Shown in pieces: positions 18,402-27,821 of a stretch of 32,000 nucleotides of DNA. The notes under the pieces are model-generated. The model was not told where the DNA came from. It saw only the letters and a list, made by a program, of their open reading frames with translations, and did not search any database. The translations under genes were made by a program, and so were the position numbers. How positions within the stretch are numbered: position 1 is the first letter of the stretch; every line of letters starts with the position of its first letter. The DNA is from Vibrio vulnificus CMCP6 (GTDB lineage Bacteria > Pseudomonadota > Gammaproteobacteria > Enterobacterales > Vibrionaceae): the NCBI RefSeq assembly GCF_000039765.1, contig NC_004459.3, positions 2,271,127 through 2,303,126 on the forward strand. The letters are read 5' to 3'.

Positions 18402-18988
18402 TGGAACGATTGAACAAGCAACTGGCATTGCTGATGGAGCTGGACAAGCTGAAATCGGTACTGCGTCGCACGCGAGTCAAAAGTGCAGATAAACGTTTGG
18501 AAAACAGTGCAGAGCACAGTTGGCATGTCGCTTTAATGGCGTTATTGATGGAAGAGCATGCTAATGAGCCTGTCGACATCTGCCGCGTAGTGAAAATGTT
18601 GCTGCTGCATGACGTAGTAGAAATTGATGCCGGCGATACCTTTGTGTACGATGCGGTCGCGTCAGAACAGCAAGCGGAAAAAGAGCTAGCAGCCGCTCGC
18701 CGTTTATTTGGCATGTTGCCGGCTGACCAAGGAGAAGAATTACTTCAACTTTGGTTAGAGTTTGAAGCCGCGCAAACGGCAGATGCCAAGTTTGGCAAGG
18801 CGTTAGATCGAATCATTCCTATGCTGCTTAACTACCACAACCAAGGACAAAGTTGGCAAGAGCATGGCGTGACTCGCCAGCAAGCGTTGACGGTGAATCA
18901 GAAAATCGACCTTGGTTCCCATGTGTTATGGGATAAGGCGCAAGAAATTATTGAACAGGCAACCCAAAATGGGTGGCTGAAAGCTTAA
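18401..18988 (+). CDS. HD domain phosphohydrolase (HDDC2/YfbR-like)
   Basis: ENSAEHSWHVALMALLM, VVKMLLLHDVVEIDAGDTFVYD; start overlaps the upstream stop (TAATG). Confidence 0.85.
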   Translation: MERLNKQLALLMELDKLKSVLRRTRVKSADKRLENSAEHSWHVALMALLMEEHANEPVDICRVVKMLLLHDVVEIDAGDTFVYDAVASEQQAEKELAAARRLFGMLPADQGEELLQLWLEFEAAQTADAKFGKALDRIIPMLLNYHNQGQSWQEHGVTRQQALTVNQKIDLGSHVLWDKAQEIIEQATQNGWLKA

Positions 18989-18997
18989 GGAACCTGA

Positions 18998-19471
18998 ATG
19001 TCTTATTTAACTTTGGACCAATACCAAAGAAAATGGATTTTTACGCATCCGTCGATGCCAGTGCCACAAGAAGATCTCGCGCACATTCGCCCGATGGATC
19101 AGGCACGCTCTGCGCAGTTTTGGAAAGAGAACATCAGCGCCCATAGCCCAGATGCAGAACGTCTTGGTAGCGATGATTGGCCAACGAAACAGAGTAATTG
19201 GTTAACTGAAATTGACTGGATGGCGTCTTGGGAAGCCGATGAACCAGACATGCCAGAGGAAATTCTTCAGCATATTGATTGGCAAGATGATGTGACGGTC
19301 TATTTTTGTTACGAAAAATACAACGTGATTGAAACCAAGTGGGTCATTTTCCGCAAACATTGGAAAAACTTCTTGTTCTACGATGACGGCCCGATTTTGC
19401 TGGGTAGACGTCGCCAGCAGGCTCTGTGGTTTGCTACCGATGGAACAGTGAAACTGGGGCAAAGAAGCTGA
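18998..19471 (+). CDS. Conserved protein, DUF2947-like
   Basis: 157 aa, acidic and Trp-rich: MSYLTLDQYQRKWIFTHPSMPVPQEDLAHIRPMD...YFCYEKYNVIETKWVIFRKHWKNFLFYDDGPILLGRRRQQALWF. Family assignment from memory. Confidence 0.6.
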   Translation: MSYLTLDQYQRKWIFTHPSMPVPQEDLAHIRPMDQARSAQFWKENISAHSPDAERLGSDDWPTKQSNWLTEIDWMASWEADEPDMPEEILQHIDWQDDVTVYFCYEKYNVIETKWVIFRKHWKNFLFYDDGPILLGRRRQQALWFATDGTVKLGQRS

Positions 19472-19522
19472 TCAACCCCAAGTCGGTCAATAATTAGCTT
19501 AATCATTAGCTTAGTCACTAGA

Positions 19523-19550
19523 AGCAGCGTGTTTACGCTGCTTTTTTTAT
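19523..19550 (+). terminator. Rho-independent terminator ending the ycjX-...-DUF2947 run
   Basis: AGCAGCGT-GTTT-ACGCTGCT followed by TTTTTTAT. Confidence 0.88.
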
Positions 19551-19714
19551 GAGCGTTTAGTGAGGTAAGGCACAGTTCAGTAAGTTTTTTCGTGTGACTT
19601 CAGTTTCATTGATCTAACGCCAAATTTTGTTTTGAAACACGCGCGCATAATTTCTTGTCTATCCCCGTAGAGCCAAAGCTCTAAGGTGTCCATCTCAGGA
19701 AGAGAAGTTGTATT

Positions 19715-21133
19715 ATGCGCCCGTATCTGAAGTTTATTATCCCTATTATCATTCCGTTGATTGTGCTGTTGTTGCCATTGTCAGCCTTTCCGTTTGAAGC
19801 CATGACCATCGTGCAGCAGCGTGTGATTGCCATTTTCTTATTGGCGGCGTTGTGTTGGGTATTTGAGCCGATTCCCATCTATGCCACGTCCGTCGTCATT
19901 ATTGTTTTAGAGCTTTTATTGGTTTCCGACAAAGGCCTGTACCTCTTCCGGCTAAACGAAGGCAGTGAAACCTTTGGGCAATTGCTGTCTTACAGTGAAA
20001 TCATGGCAACCTTTGCCAGCCCAATCATCATGCTTTTCTTAGGTGGATTCTTTCTAGCGATGGCGGCCACCAAATACCGCCTAGATGTGAACTTGGCACG
20101 CGTGCTGCTCAAGCCATTTGGCCAAGACCCTAAATTCGTTATGTTGGGGCTGATGCTGATCACTGCGATTTTCTCGATGTTTATGTCCAATACCGCGACG
20201 ACGGCCATGATGCTTTCCATCTTAACGCCAGTGATTGCGGTGTTTGGCCCAAAAGACCCAGGGCGAATTGCCTTTGCGCTTTGTATTCCGGTTGCGGCCA
20301 ACATTGGTGGCATCGGCACGCCAATTGGTACGCCACCTAATGCCATCGCTCTAAAATATCTGGTGGGTGACAACCTGATTACATTCGGCGAATGGATGAT
20401 GTTCGGCGTACCTTTTGTTGTGGTGATGATGGCGTTAGCTTGGTTTTTGATCACGGCGATGTACCGAGCGGAAATTCCCAAAATTGAGCTTTCTATCAAA
20501 GGTAAATTTCTCAAAACGCCGAAAGCAATCGTGGTTTACATCACCTTTGGTTTAACCATTCTTCTATGGTTGATGGGCTCAGCGCACGGCATGAACTCGT
20601 ACACCGTCGCCCTGATTCCTGTCGCGGTCTTTTCCATCACAGGCATCATTAACAAAGAAGATCTGAAGAAAATCTCCTGGGATGTGCTTTGGCTGGTTTC
20701 GGGCGGTATCGCTCTTGGTTTGGCTCTGGATAAAACAGGCCTTGCCAAGTTGGTGGTGCACAGTATCCCATTTGATGAGTTCTCGCCTTATATCGTCTTG
20801 TTTGGCGCGGCATTCCTCTGCTTAGTGATGGCGAACTTTATGTCGCATACCGCCACGGCTAACTTGCTGATGCCAATCATGGCTGCATTGGGGATTTCTA
20901 TGACTTCATTAACGCCATTGGGCGGAGAAGTGACACTGATTTTAGTGGTGACGATGGCCGCTTCCTTGGGCATGTCGTTGCCTATCAGTACGCCCCCTAA
21001 TGCATTGGCACATGCCACTGGGCATGTCCAAAGTAATCAAATGGCGCGTGTGGGCGTGATTTTGGGCGTTGTTGGCGTATTGCTCAGCTTTGTTATGGTC
21101 TGGATCCTTCATATGGTTGGACACATCGGGTAG
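19715..21133 (+). CDS. DASS/SLC13 family Na+-coupled anion (dicarboxylate-type) transporter
   Basis: FMSNTATTAMMLSILTPVIAVF and FMSHTATANLLMPIMAAL repeated SNT-type motifs, GTPIGTPPNAIAL, LGMSLPISTPPNALAHATGHV; multiple TM segments. Confidence 0.88.
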   Translation: MRPYLKFIIPIIIPLIVLLLPLSAFPFEAMTIVQQRVIAIFLLAALCWVFEPIPIYATSVVIIVLELLLVSDKGLYLFRLNEGSETFGQLLSYSEIMATFASPIIMLFLGGFFLAMAATKYRLDVNLARVLLKPFGQDPKFVMLGLMLITAIFSMFMSNTATTAMMLSILTPVIAVFGPKDPGRIAFALCIPVAANIGGIGTPIGTPPNAIALKYLVGDNLITFGEWMMFGVPFVVVMMALAWFLITAMYRAEIPKIELSIKGKFLKTPKAIVVYITFGLTILLWLMGSAHGMNSYTVALIPVAVFSITGIINKEDLKKISWDVLWLVSGGIALGLALDKTGLAKLVVHSIPFDEFSPYIVLFGAAFLCLVMANFMSHTATANLLMPIMAALGISMTSLTPLGGEVTLILVVTMAASLGMSLPISTPPNALAHATGHVQSNQMARVGVILGVVGVLLSFVMVWILHMVGHIG

Positions 21134-21137
21134 CCCC

Positions 21138-22493
21138 ATGTATTTGAGCAAATTAGAAGCACTGATTGAGCGTTACTTCTGTAATCCAGAGCGTCAAATT
21201 ACGTTGGAAGCGGGAGCGGTCGTCATTGTGCAGCAAGGCTACAACGACCGTCTGTTTTTCGTTCTTCAAGGTGAGCTGGAAGGTTACTTTTCTGAACATG
21301 AGGAGAAACAAGTACGCGTTTTTTCTGCCTCGCAAGGGGCATTTATTGGCGTGCACAGTTTCTTTTCTGGTACTTGGACAGCATCGTCGACGGTGATGGC
21401 CAAGAGCGAAGTAACACTGGCTTGGATTGATCGCAGCACGCCTGCCGTTGAAGTCGAAGAGTTTGGCCCGCTTACCACGCAATTTATGCCGGTGATAGTG
21501 AATGAGCTTTCGCGTCGTCAAAGGCGAGCAACGCAAGAGGCGGTGGCCAAAGAGAAGGTGTTACAGAGGTTACATAACGCCGAGCAAATGACCACATTAG
21601 GCCAACTTGCGGCGGGGTTGGCGCACGAGCTTAATAACGCCATTGGGGTGGTCAGTAGCAAAGCTGAAAGACTCGAAACCATTATTCTGGAACTGCTTGA
21701 AGAACTGCACCCAGAAGCGAACCAATTCTTCGATATTGGCTTGCTTGCGGGACAAAATGTGCCAACAAGCACGGCAAGACAAAATGCCAAGTTGTTGGAG
21801 CAGAAATATGGTTTGGAGAAAAAACAGGCCAAAGCGTTAGCGAAAGCGATACCTGATGGTTTGGTTAACCCACACTGGTTGAACAACCCAGATCAAGCCA
21901 TTCGTTATTGGGGAATGGGGTGTGATTTACACGATCTGCGTTTGGCGGCCAAACACACGGTTGGTATTGTGAAATCGGTCAAACAGCTCGGTAGGGCGGA
22001 TTCGGATCGCATTAGCAAAGTTAATATTGGCGACACCATTAATCAAGCCATCGCGCTTTTGCAAAGTGAGCTGCGCCGTGTCGAAGTGCGTCTTCGTCCA
22101 TCTCCTGTCGAATCGATTTGGGCTTCGGAGACCGAATTGGTGCAAGTTTGGGTCAATATCATCAAGAACGCCTGTGACGCGATGCAAAACACGCTATCGC
22201 CGCAGTTGGAGATACGTGTTCATCAAGAAGGCAAGCGCATTTTGGTCACGATCGCCAACAATGGCTCTGCCTTAGATGAGGCAACAAGACGCAAAATTTT
22301 TCAGCCTAACTTCACCACCAAAAAAGGCGGGCTGTCATTTGGACTGGGTTTAGGGTTATCGATTGTGAAGCGAATTGTCACCGGCCTAGGAGGCTCGATT
22401 GTGGTGAAAAGCGATGACCAAGCCACTATTTTTAGAATCAAATTGCCAACAGAGGGAAATCATGGAGAAACTGAACCTAATATGCGTGGATGA
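21138..22493 (+). CDS. Histidine kinase with N-terminal cyclic-nucleotide-binding-like (Crp/CAP_ED) domain
   Basis: ORF 21069..22493; preferred ATG at 21138, 4 bp after the transporter stop. ERQITLEAGAVVIVQQGYNDRLFFVLQGELEGYFSEHEEKQVRVFSASQGAFIGVHSFFSGTWTASSTVMAKSEVTLAWI; H-box LAAGLAHELNNAIGVV; N-box WVNIIKNACDAM; FGLGLGLSIVKRIV. Confidence 0.85.
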   Translation: MYLSKLEALIERYFCNPERQITLEAGAVVIVQQGYNDRLFFVLQGELEGYFSEHEEKQVRVFSASQGAFIGVHSFFSGTWTASSTVMAKSEVTLAWIDRSTPAVEVEEFGPLTTQFMPVIVNELSRRQRRATQEAVAKEKVLQRLHNAEQMTTLGQLAAGLAHELNNAIGVVSSKAERLETIILELLEELHPEANQFFDIGLLAGQNVPTSTARQNAKLLEQKYGLEKKQAKALAKAIPDGLVNPHWLNNPDQAIRYWGMGCDLHDLRLAAKHTVGIVKSVKQLGRADSDRISKVNIGDTINQAIALLQSELRRVEVRLRPSPVESIWASETELVQVWVNIIKNACDAMQNTLSPQLEIRVHQEGKRILVTIANNGSALDEATRRKIFQPNFTTKKGGLSFGLGLGLSIVKRIVTGLGGSIVVKSDDQATIFRIKLPTEGNHGETEPNMRG

Positions 22494-22938
22494 TCAGCGC
22501 GAAGTGCTTAATGCGGTGGTGCAGGATCTAGACGGTTTAGCTGACTGGCTAAATATTGAAGAGTGCGAATCTGGTCATGAAGCGTTGGAGCTGATCGATG
22601 AGCTCGATGCGGATGGCGAGTTTATCGCTGTGGTGATTTCAGACCATGTGATGCCGGGAATGACCGGTGTCGAGCTTTTGCGAACGCTGCACACGGATGC
22701 TCGATTCTTCAAAACACGCAAGGTATTGCTCACAGGGCAAGCCACGCATAGCGATACCATCGAAGCGATCAATTCCGCTGGTATTGTGCGCTATTTCGAA
22801 AAACCTTGGAAAAAACAAGAACTCGTACAGTGCATTCGTGAATTGGTGACCGATTTTATTTTCGATCAGGGACTGGACTACCAGATTTGGCATGATGAAC
22901 TGGATCAAGCGGGCGTGCTGAAACATCTGCATCCTTGA
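22462..22938 (+). CDS. Receiver-only response regulator
   Basis: ORF 22414..22938; preferred ATG at 22462, overlapping the kinase 3' end. LICVDDQREVLN, AVVISDHVMPGMTGVELL, KVLLTGQAT, YFEKPWKKQEL. No recognisable output domain after REC. Confidence 0.85.
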   Translation: MEKLNLICVDDQREVLNAVVQDLDGLADWLNIEECESGHEALELIDELDADGEFIAVVISDHVMPGMTGVELLRTLHTDARFFKTRKVLLTGQATHSDTIEAINSAGIVRYFEKPWKKQELVQCIRELVTDFIFDQGLDYQIWHDELDQAGVLKHLHP

Positions 22939-22989
22939 GTCAAAGATGGCGATGTGGAAGGCATGAGTGACTGAGAGTTGAGCTGGGCG

Positions 22990-24309
22990 CTAAGCGTTAG
23001 GGCAAACACGATTTCGCCCGTTGCGCTTAGCCTCATACAGATGTGAATCGGCCATGCGAATGGTCTCGTCGAGCTGTGTCTGTAAAGCAGTAAAGCCAAT
23101 GGATACCGTGACGTGCGGCGCTTGAGTCATGTTCTCAACATCTTGGCGAATGCGTTCACAAACCTGCCGTGCTTCATTGGACGAAGGGGTTTTGACCAGC
23201 AACAGAAATTCTTCACCACCAATACGAAAGGCGTAATCACTGACGCGGATACGACTTTTCACCACCTTTGCCACACGGCGAATGACCTGATCGCCGATGT
23301 CATGCCCATATCGGTCGTTGACACTCTTAAAGTGGTCAATATCAAGCATAACGGCATAATAATGTTCAAGCGGAAGCTGTTGTTTTACGACTTCAGCAAG
23401 AAAGTGTCGATTGTTTAATCCTGATAGTGGGTCTAAATAGCTGATTTCTTTTAGTTTCTTTTGTGCCTTATTCAGCTTGTACAGGTAATAACAAGCGCCT
23501 ACCGTGATGGCAAGCAGCAGTGGAATTAAGTAGAAATATTTAGGGATGAGTTCTTCGTTGGCAATGACTTTGACCAAATAACTCGTTTTGCCATTGAGTT
23601 GCCCTACGTTTTGATAAACGAAGGTTTTTCCTTGAAAGTCCAATACGCCGGATGTTTTGTGAGTACGATTCAGCTCTTGAAGTAAGGTTTGCTCGCGATG
23701 TTTGAGGTAAGTAAAGGCGGTGATATCAGCATACGAACTGGAATAGACAAAACCATCAAGATCAACATGGAGCATGTTGTCGCGAAACAAAGGGGTAAAG
23801 TGAATCAGGTCGACTTCAACAGTCAAATAGCCCATTAAACGGTTATGTTGATAAATGGGTGAGAACTCGACAAACAGAGCATTTTCGATATCCAAAATAG
23901 TCTGTCTCTGGCGGCGGTTTAAGTCATTTTGGTAAAAGCGATTGAAACTGATAATACGCTTAGAATAGGTCTCTTGCTCAGTTGGGTTTTTATCGATAAT
24001 CCGAATTCGGCGAATGATTTTTTGATGCTGAATTAAGTTTTGGACCAGATCAATAAAGTCGGTTGAGTCAGAAAAATAACGCTGAGCAATTTGACTGTCT
24101 GCTAAAGAAAGATAGCTTTGTATTAACTCCTTTCGTGTATTTAAAGATTCTAATGATGCACTCAGTTGTAATCGTACGTTCTCTATTTTGTCCCTTTTAA
24201 TCAGGTTTTGTGGTGTATTAAAAACAAAAATAACCACAATCATAATCAGTAAGCTGCGTAATTCTATGGTTGCTGTTGATGGCGACAATTTTGATTGATA
24301 GAGGACCAT
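22990..24309 (-). CDS. Membrane-bound diguanylate cyclase with periplasmic sensor region and C-terminal GGEEF domain
   Basis: TM LRSLLIMIVVIFVFNTPQ, periplasmic region with LTVEVDLIHFTPLFRD (PDC/dCache-like), TM YFYLIPLLLAITVGACYYLYKL, YLDPLSGLNNR...DIDHFKSVNDRYGHDIGD...RVSDYAFRIGGEEF: active-site GGEEF and RxxD I-site present. Confidence 0.9.
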   Translation of the reverse strand: MVLYQSKLSPSTATIELRSLLIMIVVIFVFNTPQNLIKRDKIENVRLQLSASLESLNTRKELIQSYLSLADSQIAQRYFSDSTDFIDLVQNLIQHQKIIRRIRIIDKNPTEQETYSKRIISFNRFYQNDLNRRQRQTILDIENALFVEFSPIYQHNRLMGYLTVEVDLIHFTPLFRDNMLHVDLDGFVYSSSYADITAFTYLKHREQTLLQELNRTHKTSGVLDFQGKTFVYQNVGQLNGKTSYLVKVIANEELIPKYFYLIPLLLAITVGACYYLYKLNKAQKKLKEISYLDPLSGLNNRHFLAEVVKQQLPLEHYYAVMLDIDHFKSVNDRYGHDIGDQVIRRVAKVVKSRIRVSDYAFRIGGEEFLLLVKTPSSNEARQVCERIRQDVENMTQAPHVTVSIGFTALQTQLDETIRMADSHLYEAKRNGRNRVCPNA

Positions 24310-24562
24310 GCTGACTATTTCTCAAACACCGACATACCCATCCTCGGTTGTGCAAATTGATTCCAGATATATTTATCAGTTACTTTCTGTCTACCTGTTG
24401 CACTCGCTAGTTTGAGTATCGCGCTGGCGTGGGGCCAAACTTGATGAGTCACCAATATGCCGCACAACCCGTGTTATTAGGTGAAGAAAAGGTGAAGCTT
24501 TTATGACAAAGAAGTAGGTTGCGATCTAGGCAGGCACTTTTCTCAATGCTCTGTGATGCGAG

Positions 24563-26278
24563 TTATGATTTATCAATGGTTGATAAGGTAAAGCGACTCG
24601 CAGAGGCGAGACTCAAGGGCTTGGAAAACCAATAGCCTTGTAGGTAACTCACGCCCATATTTCTGAACGTTTGGTACATTTCGGCATCTTCGATCCCTTC
24701 GATGACAACATCGATCCGATTGTTGCGGCAAAGCTGGATCAGAAAAGAGAGATAGGCAGTCAAATCTGGGTTTTTGAGGCTGCGCCAAGCCATCGATTTA
24801 TCGATTTTGATCTGTTTCATGGGCAAATCAAAGAAGGAGTTGAGTGAGCTATAACCCGCACCAAAATCATCCAATGAAAGGTGAAAACCCAATTTAGACA
24901 GCTGATTCAGTTGCTCAATCGCTGCGGCGTTATTGTCTAATATAATGGTTTCCGTAAGCTCTAAAACGATAGAGTTGGGTGAGATGCCATATTCACTGGC
25001 CATTTCATGAATGCGTTGAGGGAAATTACTATTGAGCAGTTGTAATACCGAGACGTTTACATTGACTCGAATATTTTTATTATTGGCTTGGTTGTATCTT
25101 TGAATAAATTCGCATGCCTTGCGGAAAACAAAATAGCCAAGATCAATAATAAGCCCCTTATTTTCTGCGACAGTAATAAATTCATCGGGATAGATTTCAC
25201 CAAACTCTTTGCTGCGCCAACGTACTAGTGTTTCAAAGCTTTTTACTTCTAGGTGTTTGGCACAAACAATCGGTTGGAACTTAACATTCAGCGATTGGGA
25301 TTCAATTGCACTTTGTAATCCTTGCTCAATAAAGAAATAACGGTCTACGATTTGCTGCGTGCGAGCACTGTAGAGCGCAATTTTGTTTGCTTTTTTCTTG
25401 CTGGCATATTGCCCAGTACGAGCTGCTTTTCTTAGTAGCTCTTCGCCTTCGTGGGTATTTTCGATGCGAGGAATCAGGCCCATGCTGATCCCCGTGCCCA
25501 GCAATTGCCCTTGCTCCACAACCGTATCGTGATAGCGTTGTTTTATGGTCGAACAGATGTTCAGCAGCTGTTGTTCAGTGAAGTTACCTTCTAACAACAC
25601 GGCGAAATCATCATCTCGGACTCGATAAAGTCTTGCAACTTGGCCAGGCAGATGGCTGACGGCAGTAAGCATGCTTTGCACGACATGGTTGAGGATTTCG
25701 CTGCCGTAATGGCTCAAATACGATTTGATGTCTTCAATCTGAATGTAAATCAAGGCGTAGGGCAGGGAAGAGGCTTGAAAAGATTCCTCGATGTCGAGCA
25801 AAAGGCGACTGCGATTGGCCATACCAGATGCATTGTCATGGAAAGCCACTTGATGGATGTAACTCTCCATCAGCTTACGCTCAGAAATATCTTTGTGGCT
25901 GCCGATCAAATAAATACCGGAGTCAGTCTTACGTGTGACCGCCGTTCCTTCAATCCAGACGTAGTGACCATTAGGTTTGCGTACACGGTACTCGCTAGTA
26001 ACACGTAAATCTTCACACATTAAATGGTCATCAACTCGGGCAGAGAGTTTGGAGCGATCTAGCGGGTGCACCAATTCGAACCAAGTATCTAACGCGATGA
26101 TGCCGCTCTCAATGCCAAACTGCTGGTAAAACTGTTTGTTATAGAACGACATCACGCCTTGTTCATCCATATGAAATAGCCCCTCGCTGAACACATCAAA
26201 GATGTGCATAAAGCGACTTTCCATAAGGTGCTCAAAGTCTGGCAGGATTGATTCTGCAATAGATACGTCGTCTGTCAT
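24563..26278 (-). CDS. PAS-(degenerate GGDEF)-EAL protein, predicted c-di-GMP phosphodiesterase
   Basis: PAS: YRVRKPNGHYVWIEGTAVTRKTDSGIYLIGSHKDISERKLME. GGDEF position reads RDDDF. EAL: FETLVRW, VNVNVS, IVLELTET, LSLDDFGAGYSS, QIKIDKS, VIEGIED, LQGYWFSKPL. Confidence 0.9.
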   Translation of the reverse strand: MTDDVSIAESILPDFEHLMESRFMHIFDVFSEGLFHMDEQGVMSFYNKQFYQQFGIESGIIALDTWFELVHPLDRSKLSARVDDHLMCEDLRVTSEYRVRKPNGHYVWIEGTAVTRKTDSGIYLIGSHKDISERKLMESYIHQVAFHDNASGMANRSRLLLDIEESFQASSLPYALIYIQIEDIKSYLSHYGSEILNHVVQSMLTAVSHLPGQVARLYRVRDDDFAVLLEGNFTEQQLLNICSTIKQRYHDTVVEQGQLLGTGISMGLIPRIENTHEGEELLRKAARTGQYASKKKANKIALYSARTQQIVDRYFFIEQGLQSAIESQSLNVKFQPIVCAKHLEVKSFETLVRWRSKEFGEIYPDEFITVAENKGLIIDLGYFVFRKACEFIQRYNQANNKNIRVNVNVSVLQLLNSNFPQRIHEMASEYGISPNSIVLELTETIILDNNAAAIEQLNQLSKLGFHLSLDDFGAGYSSLNSFFDLPMKQIKIDKSMAWRSLKNPDLTAYLSFLIQLCRNNRIDVVIEGIEDAEMYQTFRNMGVSYLQGYWFSKPLSLASASRFTLSTIDKS

Positions 26279-26654
26279 CTGAATGGTGGTTACTTCTTTT
26301 TACTTGATCGCTGTACGATTTCGGTTAAATGTTTCAGAATGTTTCAAATCTTTATATCACCAAAGTCGGCAATAGTACTAGGGGGATATTTATAAAATGA
26401 GTGAATAAATGTTATTTTTATCACAATTACTATGGATGATTATAGTTAGAGTATTTGCTCTAATCAATCAATAACAGATAAATATGCGATAAATAAGCGA
26501 TTCCTAGATTTTATTTTGTGCAATATAACGTTTTCTTATTTCAATCTTCATTTTTTGTGATGATGAATCCGCTTTCTATCATATTAATAAATATATCCAT
26601 AGAATATTTAAGGAATATTTCAACTCTAAAACGAATGATGAAATAAATTCATCA

Positions 26655-27533
26655 TCACGTTAAAGAGAGGGCAAATCCAAGCAACACAGGTAGGGTTAAG
26701 ATGCTGAAAAAATTGCCGAATAATACAATTGAGGCCACTTTCTCGGGTTCGATATGAAAACGTTCGGCAAAAAGATAATTCATCACCGCCGCTGGCAACA
26801 TGGTGAACAGGACCATCATTTTCATTTGCAGCGGGGGAAGGGGGATAAAGAAGTAAATCACCGCAAATGCTATCGCTCCTGTTGCGATAGATTGGAGCGT
26901 TGAGTAGAGCCCAACGCTGAGGCCGGACCATTTCAAATGGGTCATTTGTGCCCCAAGAGAAAGGAGCATGACTGGCACTGCGGCTTGACCTAGCAAGGAG
27001 GTGGCTTCAATCAGCGGTGACCAAACGGCAACATGGTTGAGATTAAAAAACACAGCCACAGACGCGGCAATAAACACAGGCATTTTGACCATTTGTAAGA
27101 GTGATCCGCCTCGGCTCAACAGCGCAATGCCTAAGCTAATGTGAATGCAAGATGACATAACGAAAAGCAGTACGGCGCTTGACTGTGCCGCGTCGCCAAA
27201 TGCGTAGGCAAAGAGAGGAATGGCAAGATTGCCACTGTTGCGAAACATATGCGGCGGTGCCCAGGTCTTAAAAGAGAGCCCAGCCAGTTTGCAAATGGGT
27301 ATCATCAGTAGCCCCGGCAGCAATACCGCCACAAGCGATGCCCATATCAAAGGGAGCTGCTGGGTGTCTAGCGGCATGGTGGTGAGAGATGAAAACACCA
27401 AAGCAGGTAGGAAAACGTCAATATTGATGCGGTTAATCGGCTTAAAGTCAGGTTTCAAATAATGCCCAACCAAAAAGCCGACGCCAGCTAAGGCAAAAAC
27501 GGGGAATAAAATGTTAATAACTTTGATGAGCAT
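26655..27533 (-). CDS. AEC (auxin efflux carrier) family transporter
   Basis: 292 aa, about 10 hydrophobic segments; INIDVFLPALVFSSL, MFRNSGNLAIPLFAYAFG, LLSLGAQM, MKMMVLFTMLPAAVMNYLFAERF. Confidence 0.85.
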   Translation of the reverse strand: MLIKVINILFPVFALAGVGFLVGHYLKPDFKPINRINIDVFLPALVFSSLTTMPLDTQQLPLIWASLVAVLLPGLLMIPICKLAGLSFKTWAPPHMFRNSGNLAIPLFAYAFGDAAQSSAVLLFVMSSCIHISLGIALLSRGGSLLQMVKMPVFIAASVAVFFNLNHVAVWSPLIEATSLLGQAAVPVMLLSLGAQMTHLKWSGLSVGLYSTLQSIATGAIAFAVIYFFIPLPPLQMKMMVLFTMLPAAVMNYLFAERFHIEPEKVASIVLFGNFFSILTLPVLLGFALSLT

Positions 27534-27821
27534 GTTGACGTTCCTGAAGAGGATTTGTTTTTACGCTATCAGGTGATGTGTTTTTCGTCACCTAAACTGG
27601 TTGAAAAACATGAGCTCACCACCGCGCTATGAGCGTTATTGCCTAGTCAATCCATTGATTATCGCCGCTTCAAGATGTTGTAAATTAGAGTTTGCAAATA
27701 TATTTTAAATTTGTATTCTCTGGGCAAATGGAACGCTTGTAAAAAAATGTGAATTATTCGATGTCCTCGGCAGGTCGTATTAGCGAGATTGCCATATACT
27801 TGAGGTAGTCGAGAAAAGTTT

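Noticed and set aside
26279-26654. AT-rich intergenic region considered as a horizontally acquired or mobile remnant
   Set aside because: No coding remnant, terminal repeats or transposase. More simply the promoter region of the PAS-EAL gene plus the 3' flank of the AEC gene. A weak hairpin ATGATGAA-ATAAA-TTCATCAT lacks a T-tract.
26626-26931. 101-aa plus-strand ORF antisense to the AEC transporter 3' end
   Set aside because: Opposite the C-terminal TM coding region of a well-supported transporter. No coherent domain.
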